The notes under the pieces were generated by a model, which saw only the letters and a program-made list of their open reading frames with translations, did no database searches and was not told where the DNA came from. From assembly GCA_016235455.1 (NCBI GenBank), contig JACRKZ010000156.1:1-52903 (forward strand): a DNA stretch of 52,903 nt. Reading direction: 5' to 3'. Positions 18,298 to 28,432 of the stretch are shown piece after piece (position 1 is the stretch's first letter; each line of letters begins with the position of its first letter). Made by a program: the position numbers and the translations under genes. The stretch comes from Armatimonadota bacterium. Lineage in GTDB: Bacteria; Armatimonadota; UBA10988.

Positions 18298-19862
18298 CTA
18301 AGGCGCGGCCAGCGTCGGCACGCCCTGGTCGTCCACGGTGATCTCGCCCAGCAGCACGCGCCGGTCGCCTTCGTCGCTGTCGGGTCGCAGGCGCTCGTTG
18401 GGCTGGCCCAGCAGTGCCGGGCGGAACAGCCCGGTGGCCAGCCGGTACGACTTGCCCTTGGCCTCCGGCGGTACGACGAAGCGGAGCGTCACCGCCACGT
18501 CGCCGGGCTGGGCCAGACTCGGGTTGCCCACGGGATGGCCCTGGAAGGCGATCTTGCCGTCGGCGGCATCGCAATGCAGGAAGGGCATGGCGTCGCCCGC
18601 GCCGTTGTGGAGGTCTGGTTGTAAGCCAGCGGATAGCTGCGCTTCGAGCGCTTGGTCAGCACCTGATCGGCCGGGCCGACGGGCAGGTCCCGCGCGTTGA
18701 GCGCGTCGTCGACGAACACCCCCACGACGCCGCCCTTGGCATCGGTCAGCGTGAGGCAGGGGTAACCGCCGGCATAGCACGGCGCCACGCCGGCATTGCG
18801 CCATGACCAGTCGACGCTCAGCTCACCACCGAGCTCGATCTGCTGGGGCCAGGTGATGCTCGTCGGCAGCAGGCGATAGCCCATGCGCTTGTTCATCGCG
18901 GCGATCAACGGCCCGCACTCGGCCAGGAACTCGCGCGGCCACCAGTGGATGCTCGCGTAGGAGGCGTGGTATTCCTCCAGCGCCTTGAGGTACAGGCTGC
19001 CATCGCCCCAGTTGCCCCGGTCGCGCGAGCCGCCGTAGTGCTCGCTCTCCAAGATGGTGGGCACCGTCGGCCAGAAGCCCTGGGCCATCTCGGCGTGGAA
19101 GTAGGCGTTCTTGCCCGGCTGCACCAGGATGCTGTCGTCGCGCAGGCCCAGGCCGTGCTCGCGGGCGTAGTCGATGGCCGCGTCGCCCTGGAAGGAGAAG
19201 TCGTCGTTGGCCACCAGCAGCGACTTGCCGAAATGCTTGCGGTACAGGTCTATGTGCCGGATGACTGTTTCGGCGGGGTACTTCATCTGGGTGCTGGCCC
19301 ACAGGTGGCCCTCGCCCCACACGCCGAACGAACCGACATCGACGAACGACACGGCGGGATCGCCGTCGTAACGCTTGGCCAGCGCGGCCAGGAAGCGGTC
19401 GAGCTTGTCCAGGAAGACTGGGTCGTTGTAGTCGGGCTCCCAGTAGGGGCCTTTCTCGTCCACCTTACCGGGCGTGAAGTTGTAGCCCTTGGCGCCGGCC
19501 TTCTGCACCCATTCGGGAGTGGCCCAGCGCGTCCACGACTCGCAGACGCTGATGCGTAGCGCGATCTGCAGGCCCTTGTCGCGCCAGCGCTGCGTGGGCG
19601 CATCGAGCACCGACCAGCAGAACTTGCCTTCCTCGGGCTCCACATAGGACCACGGGATGCGCAGGTAGACGCAGTTCATGCCAGGGAAGTCGTCGACCGT
19701 GTCCGACGGCGCCAGGCGCGAGCCGTAGTTGGTGGGGACGTTGTCGTAGAAGTGCAGCACCCAGCCCATGCCGGGGTTGCGCAGCGCCTCGCCGGTATCG
19801 GCCGGTTGGACCGTCACGCCATCGGCGGCCAGTGCCGCCGCCAGAGCCATCCACAATGCCAT
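18298..19862 (-). CDS. DUF4832-type secreted glycoside hydrolase-like protein with a frame break near 18620 (possible pseudogene)
   Basis: Signal MALWMALAAALAA; NPGMGW, YLRIPWSYVEPEEG, GSFGVWGEGH, GLRDDSI, MGYRL motifs; coding-like composition switches from ORF 18489-19955 to ORF 18298-18804 around 18620. Confidence 0.7.
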
Positions 19863-19929
19863 CGTCTGCCTCACGCCGAGCGCGTTCGTGGTGGGGTCCC
19901 GCGTTCCTTCGTTGTGATACCCTGTCGGC

Positions 19930-20910
19930 ATGGCAATCTTGGTCACCGGTGGCACCGGTTTCGTGGGCTGGCATGTGGCGCGGCTGCTGACAGAGGCCGG
20001 CGCTAACGTGCGTTGTCTGGTGCGCTCGGGCAGCGATACCTCGCGCCTGGAGCCGCTCGGCGTCGAGCTGGCGGTGGGCGACCTGCGCGATGCCGAGTCG
20101 CTGAGGCGCGCCGCGCGCGGCTGCGCCCAGGTCTATCACGTCGCCGCTGACTACCGGCTGTGGACGCGCGACCCGCACGAGATGTACGCCTCCAATGTCG
20201 ACGGCACGCGCGCGCTGTTGGCTGCCGCCGAGGATGCCGAGCGCATCGTCTACACCTCCAGCGTGGGTTGCCTGGGCTTGCACCATGACGGCACGCCTGC
20301 CGACGAGACGACGCCGGTGAGCCTGAACGACATGGTCGGCCACTACAAGCGCAGCAAGTACCTGGCCGAGGAGGTGGCCCGCGAGCGTGCCGCCGCCGGC
20401 CAGCCGATCGTCATCGTCAACCCGTCCACGCCCATCGGCGAGGCCGATGTGAAGCCGACGCGCACCGGGCAGATCGTCGTCGACTTCCTGCGCGGCAAGA
20501 TGCCCGGGTTCGTCAGCACCGGGCTCAACCTGGTGGACGTGCGCGACGTAGCGGCGGGCCATCTGCTGGCCATGGAGCGCGGTCGCGTCGGTGAACGCTA
20601 CATCCTGGGCCATCGCGACCTGACCCTGGAGCAGATTCTGGCCACGCTGGCCGAACTGACCGGGCTGCCGCGACCGACCTTCCGCGTGCCGTTCGCGCTG
20701 GCCTTTGCCGCCGCCTACGCGGATACGTTCTGGAACGTCGTGGTGCGCCGTCGGCCGCCCAACATCCCGGTGGACGGCGTGCGCATGGCGCGGCACTTCA
20801 TGTACTTCTCGCCGGCCAAGGCGGTGGCCGAGCTGGGCCTGCCGCAGACGCCGGTTGAGGAGCCGCTGGAGCGGGCTGTGGCCTGGTTCCGCGAGCATGG
20901 CTACTGCTAG
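19930..20910 (+). CDS. hpnA: NAD-dependent epimerase/dehydratase, hopanoid-associated HpnA-like
   Basis: ILVTGGTGFVG, HVAADYRLW, YTSSV, YKRSK, VNPSTPIG..D.KPT.TG. Confidence 0.85.
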   Translation: MAILVTGGTGFVGWHVARLLTEAGANVRCLVRSGSDTSRLEPLGVELAVGDLRDAESLRRAARGCAQVYHVAADYRLWTRDPHEMYASNVDGTRALLAAAEDAERIVYTSSVGCLGLHHDGTPADETTPVSLNDMVGHYKRSKYLAEEVARERAAAGQPIVIVNPSTPIGEADVKPTRTGQIVVDFLRGKMPGFVSTGLNLVDVRDVAAGHLLAMERGRVGERYILGHRDLTLEQILATLAELTGLPRPTFRVPFALAFAAAYADTFWNVVVRRRPPNIPVDGVRMARHFMYFSPAKAVAELGLPQTPVEEPLERAVAWFREHGYC

Positions 20911-20917
20911 ACAGGGC

Positions 20918-20974
20918 CGTGAGACGTGGGGCGTAGGAGTCTTCAGCGCTCTGACCTACGTCTCACGTCCCACG
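20918..20974. repeat. Intergenic palindrome of heptamer units (GAGACGT / ACGTCTC)
   Basis: cgtgagacgtggggcgtagg ... cctacgtctcacgtcccacg; 20-bp stem with two G-U pairs and one mismatch. Confidence 0.75.
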
Positions 20975-21039
20975 TCCATTGGCGAACCTTGCCGCGACCG
21001 GCAACGCTTTGGGTACAATAGGATGGTGGAGCAAACCCC

Positions 21040-21513
21040 ATGTGGCTGATCCTCGGTGCGCTGGGCGCGGTGTTGTTGATGCTGAAGACCGCGGTGACAT
21101 ATGCGGCGGTGGCGCTGACAGCGTTGGTGGCGGTGGGCAACGAGCTGCGGCGCTGGCCGGTGCTCAAGTTCCTCGAGGGCCGGCAGATAGCGCTACGGCG
21201 GGCTTGGGGTACCAGCCTGCTGGCCTACTTCCTACTGGCCGTGGCCTATGCCTGGGCCGAGCAGCGCACCGACGCACTGGTCGTCGACTGCCTCGGCATT
21301 GTGGTCATGGTGTCGACGGTGATGTTGCTGGCGCAGCGCAAGTCGCTGCGCGAGGTGCGCGGTCGGCGCGATGATGAGGTGCCGGCCGAGCCCAGGGCGA
21401 GCGAGGCGGGTCGTCGGCCGCGGACGGGCAAGCTGGTAGACGTGGATGACGACGGCGATGAGTCGCTGTCGCCGAGCCGGCCGCGCCGCCGTCGGCGGGT
21501 GCCGCGAGACTGA
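21040..21513 (+). CDS. Hypothetical membrane protein with charged C-terminal tail
   Basis: About four hydrophobic segments followed by an acidic/Arg-rich tail. Confidence 0.7.
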   Translation: MWLILGALGAVLLMLKTAVTYAAVALTALVAVGNELRRWPVLKFLEGRQIALRRAWGTSLLAYFLLAVAYAWAEQRTDALVVDCLGIVVMVSTVMLLAQRKSLREVRGRRDDEVPAEPRASEAGRRPRTGKLVDVDDDGDESLSPSRPRRRRRVPRD

Positions 21514-21527
21514 AAGAGCAGGCTGTC

Positions 21528-22472
21528 GTGGGTGATCGTGTCTTTGATAAGCTGGCCAGGCCCGATTCCTTGGCCCAATCGCCGATCTTCGTCTTTGCCG
21601 GCGATGCCCAAGCCGCCGGTGGCCTGCGCGGACTGGGCGCCACCGGCGCCGCCGCGCAACGGCACCATCGCAAGCGGCCCGAGTTCCTGGAACTGTGCCG
21701 CGAGCTGAGTCTCGACGGCGCCATCGATGGCTGCCTGATGACCCCGGCCGACGCCGAGACGCTGGCCGTCGATGAGCGCTTCTTCGACCGCATCGACGTG
21801 ACTCCGCTGGTCCGCACCAACGCCGAGACCTGGATCTGGAGCCCGCGCCACGGTGCCTACAACCGCGCCGTCTCGCGCCCGTTCCAGACCGTGCCCCTGC
21901 GCGATGCCGGCTTCTGCCGCGACCTCATCTGCCAGGTGCAGGACTTCAACATCCGCCTCGGGCTGTACAGCATCACGCTCAACAACGAGGTCGAGGCCGA
22001 CCTGCGCACCCTGGAAACCTATCTGGCCTATGCCCACGAGGTGGGCAAGACGCCTGGGTTCGACCACTTCCTCGAGGTCTTTCTGCCCAACATGCCGCAG
22101 CATGGCATGAGCAGCGAGCAGATGGGCGAGTACGTGGCCGACAACATCGTGCGCACGATGAGCTACCTGCGACGCCACGAGCGCCCGCTGTTCATCAAGA
22201 CCGCTTACACCACCGCGTCGGTCTGGCGCGAGTTGTGCTCGTTCGACCCGACGCTGATCATCGGCGCGCTCGGCGGCCCGCGCACCGACGCGCGTGGCAC
22301 GCTGGAACTGGTCCGCAACGTGGTGGTCAACGGTGGCCGGATCATCCTGTTCGGCCGGGCCGTGTTCGAGGACGAGCACCCGCGCGCCATCTGCCAGGCC
22401 ATCCGCCGCGTGCTCGATGGGCAGGACCCGGTCACTGCCTACGAGTGGTACCGCGCGGAGTCGGCTCGATGA
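21528..22472 (+). CDS. Class I aldolase-like TIM-barrel protein
   Basis: GTG start; HFLEVFLPN, RPLFIKTAY (candidate Schiff-base Lys), IIGALGG, GGRIILFGRAV. Confidence 0.6.
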   Translation: MGDRVFDKLARPDSLAQSPIFVFAGDAQAAGGLRGLGATGAAAQRHHRKRPEFLELCRELSLDGAIDGCLMTPADAETLAVDERFFDRIDVTPLVRTNAETWIWSPRHGAYNRAVSRPFQTVPLRDAGFCRDLICQVQDFNIRLGLYSITLNNEVEADLRTLETYLAYAHEVGKTPGFDHFLEVFLPNMPQHGMSSEQMGEYVADNIVRTMSYLRRHERPLFIKTAYTTASVWRELCSFDPTLIIGALGGPRTDARGTLELVRNVVVNGGRIILFGRAVFEDEHPRAICQAIRRVLDGQDPVTAYEWYRAESAR

Positions 22473-23149
22473 GAGCCCTGCTGGCGCTGCTGGTGGTGAC
22501 CGTCGCGAGTGCGGCCGAGCCGGCGCCCGGCCTGCGATTCGTCTATGCCTACCCGCGCGTCGGCGCGGTCGACCTGCGCCTGACCGGGCCCGACGGTGCA
22601 CGGGCCGAGCAGCTGGCGCTGAGCGCGCCCGGGGTGACGCCGTGGCTGCCGCTGGCCTGGCCCCAGGGCGAGCTGACCATTCGGCCCGCCGGCCAGACCG
22701 ACGGCGACCCGCTCATCACCGCGCCGTTTGCCGCGACTGGCCGGGCTACGGTGATCGTCCTGCAGCCCGCCGACGAGCCCAAGCTGCTGGTGCTGGCCGA
22801 CGCGCCGCCGACGGTGCCGCCGGGCCAGGCGGCCTTCCGCGTGGTCAACGCCTTGCCCGGCGTGAGCCCGGTGACGCTCAAGCCGCGCCGGCCCACGGGC
22901 CAGCAGCCGGGCGAGCTGGCCGAGCAGAAGGTGGCCTACGGCGCCGTGAGCCAGTACCAATTCGTCGAGGCCGGCCTGCTTGCGTTGCGGGCCGTGCGGC
23001 CTGACGAGGAGAAGCCGTTCGACTGGGAGCTCACCAGTCTGCGACTGCTGCCCGGCGTGGCCTATACCGCGGTGCTCATGGGCCTGAGCTCGCCCGGCTC
23101 CGACGAGCTGCCGCTGACGCTGCTGCCCCTGGTCGACCGGCTGCCCTGA
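22469..23149 (+). CDS. Secreted DUF4397-like protein
   Basis: ATGA overlap with the upstream stop; signal MRALLALLVVTVASA; two repeats (LRFVYAYP..GAVD and FRVVNALP..SPV) and YGAVSQY. Confidence 0.7.
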   Translation: MRALLALLVVTVASAAEPAPGLRFVYAYPRVGAVDLRLTGPDGARAEQLALSAPGVTPWLPLAWPQGELTIRPAGQTDGDPLITAPFAATGRATVIVLQPADEPKLLVLADAPPTVPPGQAAFRVVNALPGVSPVTLKPRRPTGQQPGELAEQKVAYGAVSQYQFVEAGLLALRAVRPDEEKPFDWELTSLRLLPGVAYTAVLMGLSSPGSDELPLTLLPLVDRLP

Positions 23150-23153
23150 CGCC

Positions 23154-23951
23154 ATGGCCGATCCTGCGCACCAATCCCGCGTCGAAGCCCTGCTGGCCTG
23201 GCTCTACCGTGACGAGTTACGGCATTCGCGCCTCATCTGGCGGCTCGAAGCCGACCGCCAGCTTGACCCGCCCTGGCCCTATGCCGGGCTGTGGCATGAT
23301 CCGGCCGGCGCCGCCATGGTCGATCTGCGCGCGCACCCCACGCTGGGCGACCCCGAGCACGGTCTGCCGTGGTACCAGGTGGCGGGCGACGACCCCATCG
23401 CCGTCGAGCTGCAACTGGCCACCTGGCTGCCGCCGACGTGTGAGATCCTGGCCGACCTCGACCTGCTGCCCATCCTGGAGCGGTTGGGCCACGTGGCCTC
23501 GTCGGGCCGGCTCCAAGTGCGCGCCTGCGCGCCCGGCGAGCTGACCGGCACCGCGGCGCCCTGCCGGCCGACCCGCCTGTCTCTCCGCCATCGTGCGTTG
23601 GTGGCCGAGAACGATTGGCGGCCCGACGACCTGGCCGACGAGACCGACGAGGCTCGTGGCGGCGTGCGCTGGGCAATCATCGAGGGCGGCCATCTGCTGG
23701 CGCGGCTGGTGGTGCAGCCGGTGTCAGAGCATGTTGTCGAGGTGGCCGACGTGCACACCCGGCCGGATGTGCGGCGCCGGGGCCACGCCGCGGCGCTCAT
23801 CGCGCATGTGGTGCGCCGGCTCCATGAGCGCGGCTTCACGGTCACCTACAGCGTCCATCCCAGCAATCTGCCGTCGATCCGCCTGGCCGCCAGCCTGGGC
23901 TTCACGCCGCGCTTCACCTGGGAGCGGTACCTGTTGGAGCGCGTCTTCTAG
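23154..23951 (+). CDS. GNAT-family N-acetyltransferase
   Basis: VHTRPDVRRRGHAAAL acetyl-CoA motif; N.PSIRLAASLGF. Confidence 0.85.
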   Translation: MADPAHQSRVEALLAWLYRDELRHSRLIWRLEADRQLDPPWPYAGLWHDPAGAAMVDLRAHPTLGDPEHGLPWYQVAGDDPIAVELQLATWLPPTCEILADLDLLPILERLGHVASSGRLQVRACAPGELTGTAAPCRPTRLSLRHRALVAENDWRPDDLADETDEARGGVRWAIIEGGHLLARLVVQPVSEHVVEVADVHTRPDVRRRGHAAALIAHVVRRLHERGFTVTYSVHPSNLPSIRLAASLGFTPRFTWERYLLERVF

Positions 23952-24044
23952 TGCCTGTTCTGCAGACGGGCGCGGTCCGCGTTCGCAGTTGAGCCTTCAG
24001 CCGCCTGACGGCTCAAGAGCAGAAACGCTGGCCCGGAGCAGCGG

Positions 24045-25823
24045 CTACGCCGACGGGATCCCCAGCGCCTCGTTCCAGGCCCGCAACTGCGCCACACGCG
24101 TCGTGGGTTCGGGCGACGGCGTGAACGGCCGGCCGCGCCCATCGAGGAACAGGCCGACCACGCCGCCGGTCACCTCGCGCGAGACTTCGCGGCCGGGGCC
24201 CGCGCCCATGTCGAAGCCGCGCGCCGGCCGAACCGTCACTTCACAGCACTCGCCTACGCCCAGCGGCACCAGCCTCAGTTCACCCGCGCCCAGTGTGATG
24301 TCACCGCCGGGCAAGCCGCTGATGGTGGCCACGTCGTTGGTCTTGGCGTCCACCTTGCCGCGTGGCGCGATAGCCATGCCCAGTGGCACCAGGCAGTCGC
24401 GCTCGAAGACCTCAGTGGCCGCCTCCGGCAGCACCGTGGAGAGCACACCCAGGTGCGGCATCATGAAGATGCTGTCGACCGCCAGTTCGGTGAAGCCCTC
24501 GGGCTGGAAGGCGTCGAGCATCATCAAGGCCGACTCGGCGCGGCGCGGCGCATGCGACAGGCAACCGCCCGAGCCGATGATCAGGCCCAGGTTCATGAGG
24601 TTGACCAGCGTGCCGCCGGTGGCTTCGTCCAGCACGCGGCCGACGATGGTCTCCTGGCGCGTGCCCTTGAGCGAGGTGGCCAGCGAGCGGTGGTGCTCCA
24701 GAGCCAGGCGCAGTGCCTCACGGGCCAAGGCCTGTTCCACGCCGAGGCTGGCCAGGTCCTGGGGAATGGTGGTCGGGCGGATCATCTTGTTGCGCAGGCT
24801 GTTGCGCAATGCGTCCTCGGCCATCTCGAACGGCAGCCAACGCAGCACGTTGGCCGCGCCAGCGGCCGCCAGCACGTTGCAGATGCTGTAGCTCATGCCC
24901 AGGTTGGCGCTCACCGTGCGCGTGTATTCGGGGCCGAACACGCTGAACACGTCGGTCGTCGCGCCGCCGATGTCGACCGCCAACACGTCCACGCCGCGCT
25001 TGGCGGCCACCTGTTGCACGAGGATGCCCACGGCATTGGGCGTGGACAGGATATCGGCCGAAGTCCAGGCCTTGAGCTTGTGGTAACCGGGCGCATGCTC
25101 CATGACATGCTCGAGGAACAACTCATGGACCGCCTCGCGCGCGGGTCCGAGGTTCTCGGTCTCGGGCGTCGGGCGGATGTTGTCCACCACACGCAGGTCG
25201 GTGGCTCGGCCCAGGATGGCGACGATGTCGTCACGAATGACCTTGTTGCCCGCGTAGATCACGGGCAGGTTGTAGGCGGCGCCCAGCCGCGGCTTGGGGT
25301 CGGCGGCCAGGATGAACTCGGCCAACTCGACCACATTGTCGCTCTGGCCGCCATCGGTGCCACCGGCCAACAGGATCATGTCCGGCCGCAGCCGGCGAAT
25401 CTGCTCGATGCGCTCATGCTCGGCGCGGCCGTCATCGATACTGACCACGTCCATGACGATGGCGCCCGCGCCCAAGGCGGCGCGCTCGGCGCTTTCGGCG
25501 GTGATCTTGGCCACCACGCCGGCCACGGTCATCTGCAGGCCGCCACCCGCGCTCGAGGTGCTCAGGTACATATCCACGCCACGGTCGGTGCCGTGCTCGA
25601 TGAGGATGCCGTCGGCCGTGGTGATAGTGCGACCGGTCAGGTCCTCGACCTCGCGCGCCGCGGTCAGCACGCCCACCGTCACGTCGTCGAACGGCGCTTC
25701 CACGGTGGTCGGCGCCTCGCCCCGGCAAGCCAGCCGATAGCCGGTGTCGGTCTTCTCGATCAGAATGGCCTTGGTCGTCGTGCTGCCGCAGTCCGTAGCC
25801 AGAATGGTCCGCACGTCACTCAT
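24045..25823 (-). CDS. glmL: Glutamate mutase L (GlmL/MutL-type, ASKHA ATPase) family protein
   Basis: TDCGSTTTKA, STSSAGGGL, SAERAALGAGA, PDMILLAGGTDGG, VDIGGATTDVFS, RTVSANLGMSYS. Confidence 0.85.
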   Translation of the reverse strand: MSDVRTILATDCGSTTTKAILIEKTDTGYRLACRGEAPTTVEAPFDDVTVGVLTAAREVEDLTGRTITTADGILIEHGTDRGVDMYLSTSSAGGGLQMTVAGVVAKITAESAERAALGAGAIVMDVVSIDDGRAEHERIEQIRRLRPDMILLAGGTDGGQSDNVVELAEFILAADPKPRLGAAYNLPVIYAGNKVIRDDIVAILGRATDLRVVDNIRPTPETENLGPAREAVHELFLEHVMEHAPGYHKLKAWTSADILSTPNAVGILVQQVAAKRGVDVLAVDIGGATTDVFSVFGPEYTRTVSANLGMSYSICNVLAAAGAANVLRWLPFEMAEDALRNSLRNKMIRPTTIPQDLASLGVEQALAREALRLALEHHRSLATSLKGTRQETIVGRVLDEATGGTLVNLMNLGLIIGSGGCLSHAPRRAESALMMLDAFQPEGFTELAVDSIFMMPHLGVLSTVLPEAATEVFERDCLVPLGMAIAPRGKVDAKTNDVATISGLPGGDITLGAGELRLVPLGVGECCEVTVRPARGFDMGAGPGREVSREVTGGVVGLFLDGRGRPFTPSPEPTTRVAQLRAWNEALGIPSA

Positions 25824-25901
25824 CGGGTCGCTCTCTCAAATGCCAGTCGCCCGCTGGCGCGGGCGACGAGGGGCACACTTGAAGATGGTACCGCAAGGGC
25901 G

Positions 25902-27059
25902 CTACTTGTAGCCCTTCTTGCGTTCGGCGGCGAGCTCTTCCTCGGCCGCGGTAGCGACCTTGCCCACGTCCTGGTTCAGCCGAGATACCTCGGCCGCGGC
26001 GTTGCCGTTGGCCAGCGCGTAGGTGCGGTAGGCTTCGAGCGGAGCCATGCCGGGCGCGTCCGACTTGTCGGGCTCGCGTTTGAGGTCGGCCGACGGCGGC
26101 GGCAGCACGGGCGTGGTCAGCTGGGCGCCTTGGCCCGAATGCAGCGCGCCGAGCGCGAGCGTGGCCTTCCAGCGCACGTCCTCGGGCTCCTTGGCGTTTT
26201 TGGCCAGCGACAGCAGGTTGGCTTCCACCGTGCTCTTGGCCGAGCCCAGGCCGGGCGCGCCCTGAGCCAGCGCCAGGGCCACGCGCGCGCGGATCTTGTC
26301 ATCGGGATCGGCCAGCAGGCTGGACAGCGTGCCCACCTGCTCCCAGGCGGCGAAGGCGACCACGGCCTCGATGGCCAGCAGCCGCACGTCCGTCGTCATG
26401 GCCGTGTCCTGGGCCACCTTGGCCACTTCGATACCGACCTGCGACTTGAGCTTGGCGCGGCCCTGCTGGTCCTGCTGTTCCTCGGTGAGCTTGGCATCGC
26501 CGGCGCAGACCGGCGCCTTGGCCAGGCTGGTCAGCACGATGATGGCGCTGTAGCGCAGGTCGGCGTCGGGCCGGGTCAGCACGTTCAGCAACCGCGGCAG
26601 GCCATCGTTGAACACTGCGCGCTTGAGGTTGAGCGAGCGAGCGTAAGCTTCGGGGTCGAGCTGGCGCTCATCCTCGGTCTTCTCGGCGAAGCCCACCGGG
26701 CCGGAGAAGCCGGCCAGCGCCGCTTGCGCCACGCCCTTGTTCTCGTCGTCGAGCAGCTTGATGGCGGTGGCCAGCGCCTGCGGGCGAACGGTTTCGCAGC
26801 TCTTGGCCAGCTCGGGGTCCGTCGGCGGCTTGGCGGTGGCCAGGCCGATGAGCTTGCCGACGGCCTCTTTGCGCTTGGCCTGGTCGCTGCCCGCGAGCGC
26901 CTTGGACTGATCGGCGAAGGTCTTGGCCGGGTCTTCCTGGTCCTTCTTCTCTTCTTCGCCGGCGGTGCCCTCAAGCCACTGATTGAGCTTGGCGCACCCA
27001 CCCAGCCAGGGCGTGGTCAACCCCATCACCAATGCCAGGAACAACACATGCGGCCGCAT
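25902..27059 (-). CDS. HEAT-repeat lipoprotein
   Basis: Lipobox LGGC after a hydrophobic stretch; repeated D..VR..A..ALG helical motifs. Confidence 0.75.
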   Translation of the reverse strand: MRPHVLFLALVMGLTTPWLGGCAKLNQWLEGTAGEEEKKDQEDPAKTFADQSKALAGSDQAKRKEAVGKLIGLATAKPPTDPELAKSCETVRPQALATAIKLLDDENKGVAQAALAGFSGPVGFAEKTEDERQLDPEAYARSLNLKRAVFNDGLPRLLNVLTRPDADLRYSAIIVLTSLAKAPVCAGDAKLTEEQQDQQGRAKLKSQVGIEVAKVAQDTAMTTDVRLLAIEAVVAFAAWEQVGTLSSLLADPDDKIRARVALALAQGAPGLGSAKSTVEANLLSLAKNAKEPEDVRWKATLALGALHSGQGAQLTTPVLPPPSADLKREPDKSDAPGMAPLEAYRTYALANGNAAAEVSRLNQDVGKVATAAEEELAAERKKGYK

Positions 27060-27148
27060 AGAGCTCTCCAAAGGAAACCATCGTCTGGACGGTGCGAATG
27101 TAGCATAGATCGGGCGCGCGCGTCAAACGCGGCGGGTGCGGCGGGTGC

Positions 27149-28369
27149 CTAGGCCAGGAGCTGCGCCAGCGAGATGGCCCACAGCCGGTCGCCAAGCGAC
27201 ACTGATGTCTCCCCGTTGTATGCCAGGATACCGGCGTTGACCTGCGGCGCGCGGTCGATGAAGGCGCGCAGACCGGCCAGATCGCCTGGGCCGAAGTGGC
27301 TGGCGGCCTTCACCTCGATGGCCAGCGTGCGGGCACCATCCTCGATGACGAAGTCGACCTCGTGCCGGCCCTGCTCCTGCCAGTAGGAGAGTCTGGCATC
27401 GGGGCGGTGGCATTCGAGCAGCGCGGCCAGGTTCTGGCCCACGTAGGTCTCGTACAGCGCGCCGCGCAAGGCGTCGTCGGTGCCGGGCGACAGGTTGTCC
27501 ATGCCGGCCAGGTGTGCGGCGAGTCCGCTGTCTGTGAAGTACAGCTTCGGCGTCTTGACCAGGCGCGAGCCGCGATTCCGCAGGTGCGGCGGCAGCCGAC
27601 GGACGAGGAACGATGTCTCCAGCAGATCGAGGTAGCGTGCCGTCGTCGTGGCGGTCAGCCGGGCCTCGCGCCCGAGCGCGCTGGCGTTGAGCATCTGGCC
27701 CGTGCGCAGCGCCGCCAGTTGCGCCAACAGGCGGAACGCCACCAGATCGGTGATCTGCGAGATCTGCCGCAGGTCGCGCTCAACGTACGTCTGCACATAC
27801 GCCCTGAACCACTCAGCCCGCCCGTCGGGCGGCGCCAGGCAGGCCGGCGGCAGCCCACCAGCCAACACCTCGTCGTCGCCCAGCGGCGGCAGGACATCGC
27901 CGGGCAGCGCCGGATCGCGCAGAAACCGCGTCAGGAACGGTTCTTGCTCGGTCTCCCCGCGCCGCTCGCGGCGCGCCATGGGGTGCAGGGTCAGGTAACC
28001 CGCGCGGCCCGCCAACGTCTCGGCCACATGGCCCAGCAGAGCGAGGTTGGCCGAGCCCGACAGCACATAGTGGCCATTGCGGCGCTCTGAGTCCACCGCG
28101 CGCTTGATGGCCATCAACAGCTCGGGACAGCGCTGCACCTCGTCGATGACCACCGGGCCAGCCAGCAGCGAGTCGGGATCGGCCTGCGCTGCCGCCAGAG
28201 TCGCGAACTCGTCGAGCGTGCGGTAGTCGTGCGTCGCGGCCAGGCTCGACTCGTGGCGCAGCAAGGTGCTCTTGCCGGCCTGACGCAGACCCGAAAGCAC
28301 TACCACCGGCAGCACCGCCATCGCGCGCGCCAACCGGCCAGTCATCTCTCGCGGCAGGTAATCTGTCAT
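27149..28369 (-). CDS. AAA_14 ATPase with DUF4143 / PD-(D/E)xK-like C-terminus
   Basis: GLRQAGKST Walker A, IDEVQ Walker B, LSGSA, KTPKLYFTDSGL, EVDFV...IEVKA. Confidence 0.9.
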   Translation of the reverse strand: MTDYLPREMTGRLARAMAVLPVVVLSGLRQAGKSTLLRHESSLAATHDYRTLDEFATLAAAQADPDSLLAGPVVIDEVQRCPELLMAIKRAVDSERRNGHYVLSGSANLALLGHVAETLAGRAGYLTLHPMARRERRGETEQEPFLTRFLRDPALPGDVLPPLGDDEVLAGGLPPACLAPPDGRAEWFRAYVQTYVERDLRQISQITDLVAFRLLAQLAALRTGQMLNASALGREARLTATTTARYLDLLETSFLVRRLPPHLRNRGSRLVKTPKLYFTDSGLAAHLAGMDNLSPGTDDALRGALYETYVGQNLAALLECHRPDARLSYWQEQGRHEVDFVIEDGARTLAIEVKAASHFGPGDLAGLRAFIDRAPQVNAGILAYNGETSVSLGDRLWAISLAQLLA

Positions 28370-28432
28370 GATCCACCACGATTTAGTGTCATATTGACAT
28401 TATAGCCTGGCGAATTATGACAGATGCGTCAA
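28361..28432 (-). promoter_or_regulatory. AT-rich promoter region of the AAA_14 gene with TATAAT and TGTCA/TGACA inverted repeats
   Basis: Minus-strand TATAAT at 28399-28404; TGTCA-N3-TGACA at 28387-28399; ATCTGTCAT (28361-69) and ATGACAGAT (28417-25) inverted pair. Confidence 0.5.

Noticed and set aside
25846-25867. Riboswitch (e.g. cobalamin) upstream of glmL
   Set aside because: The intergenic space is under 80 bp with a single GC hairpin and no B12-box.
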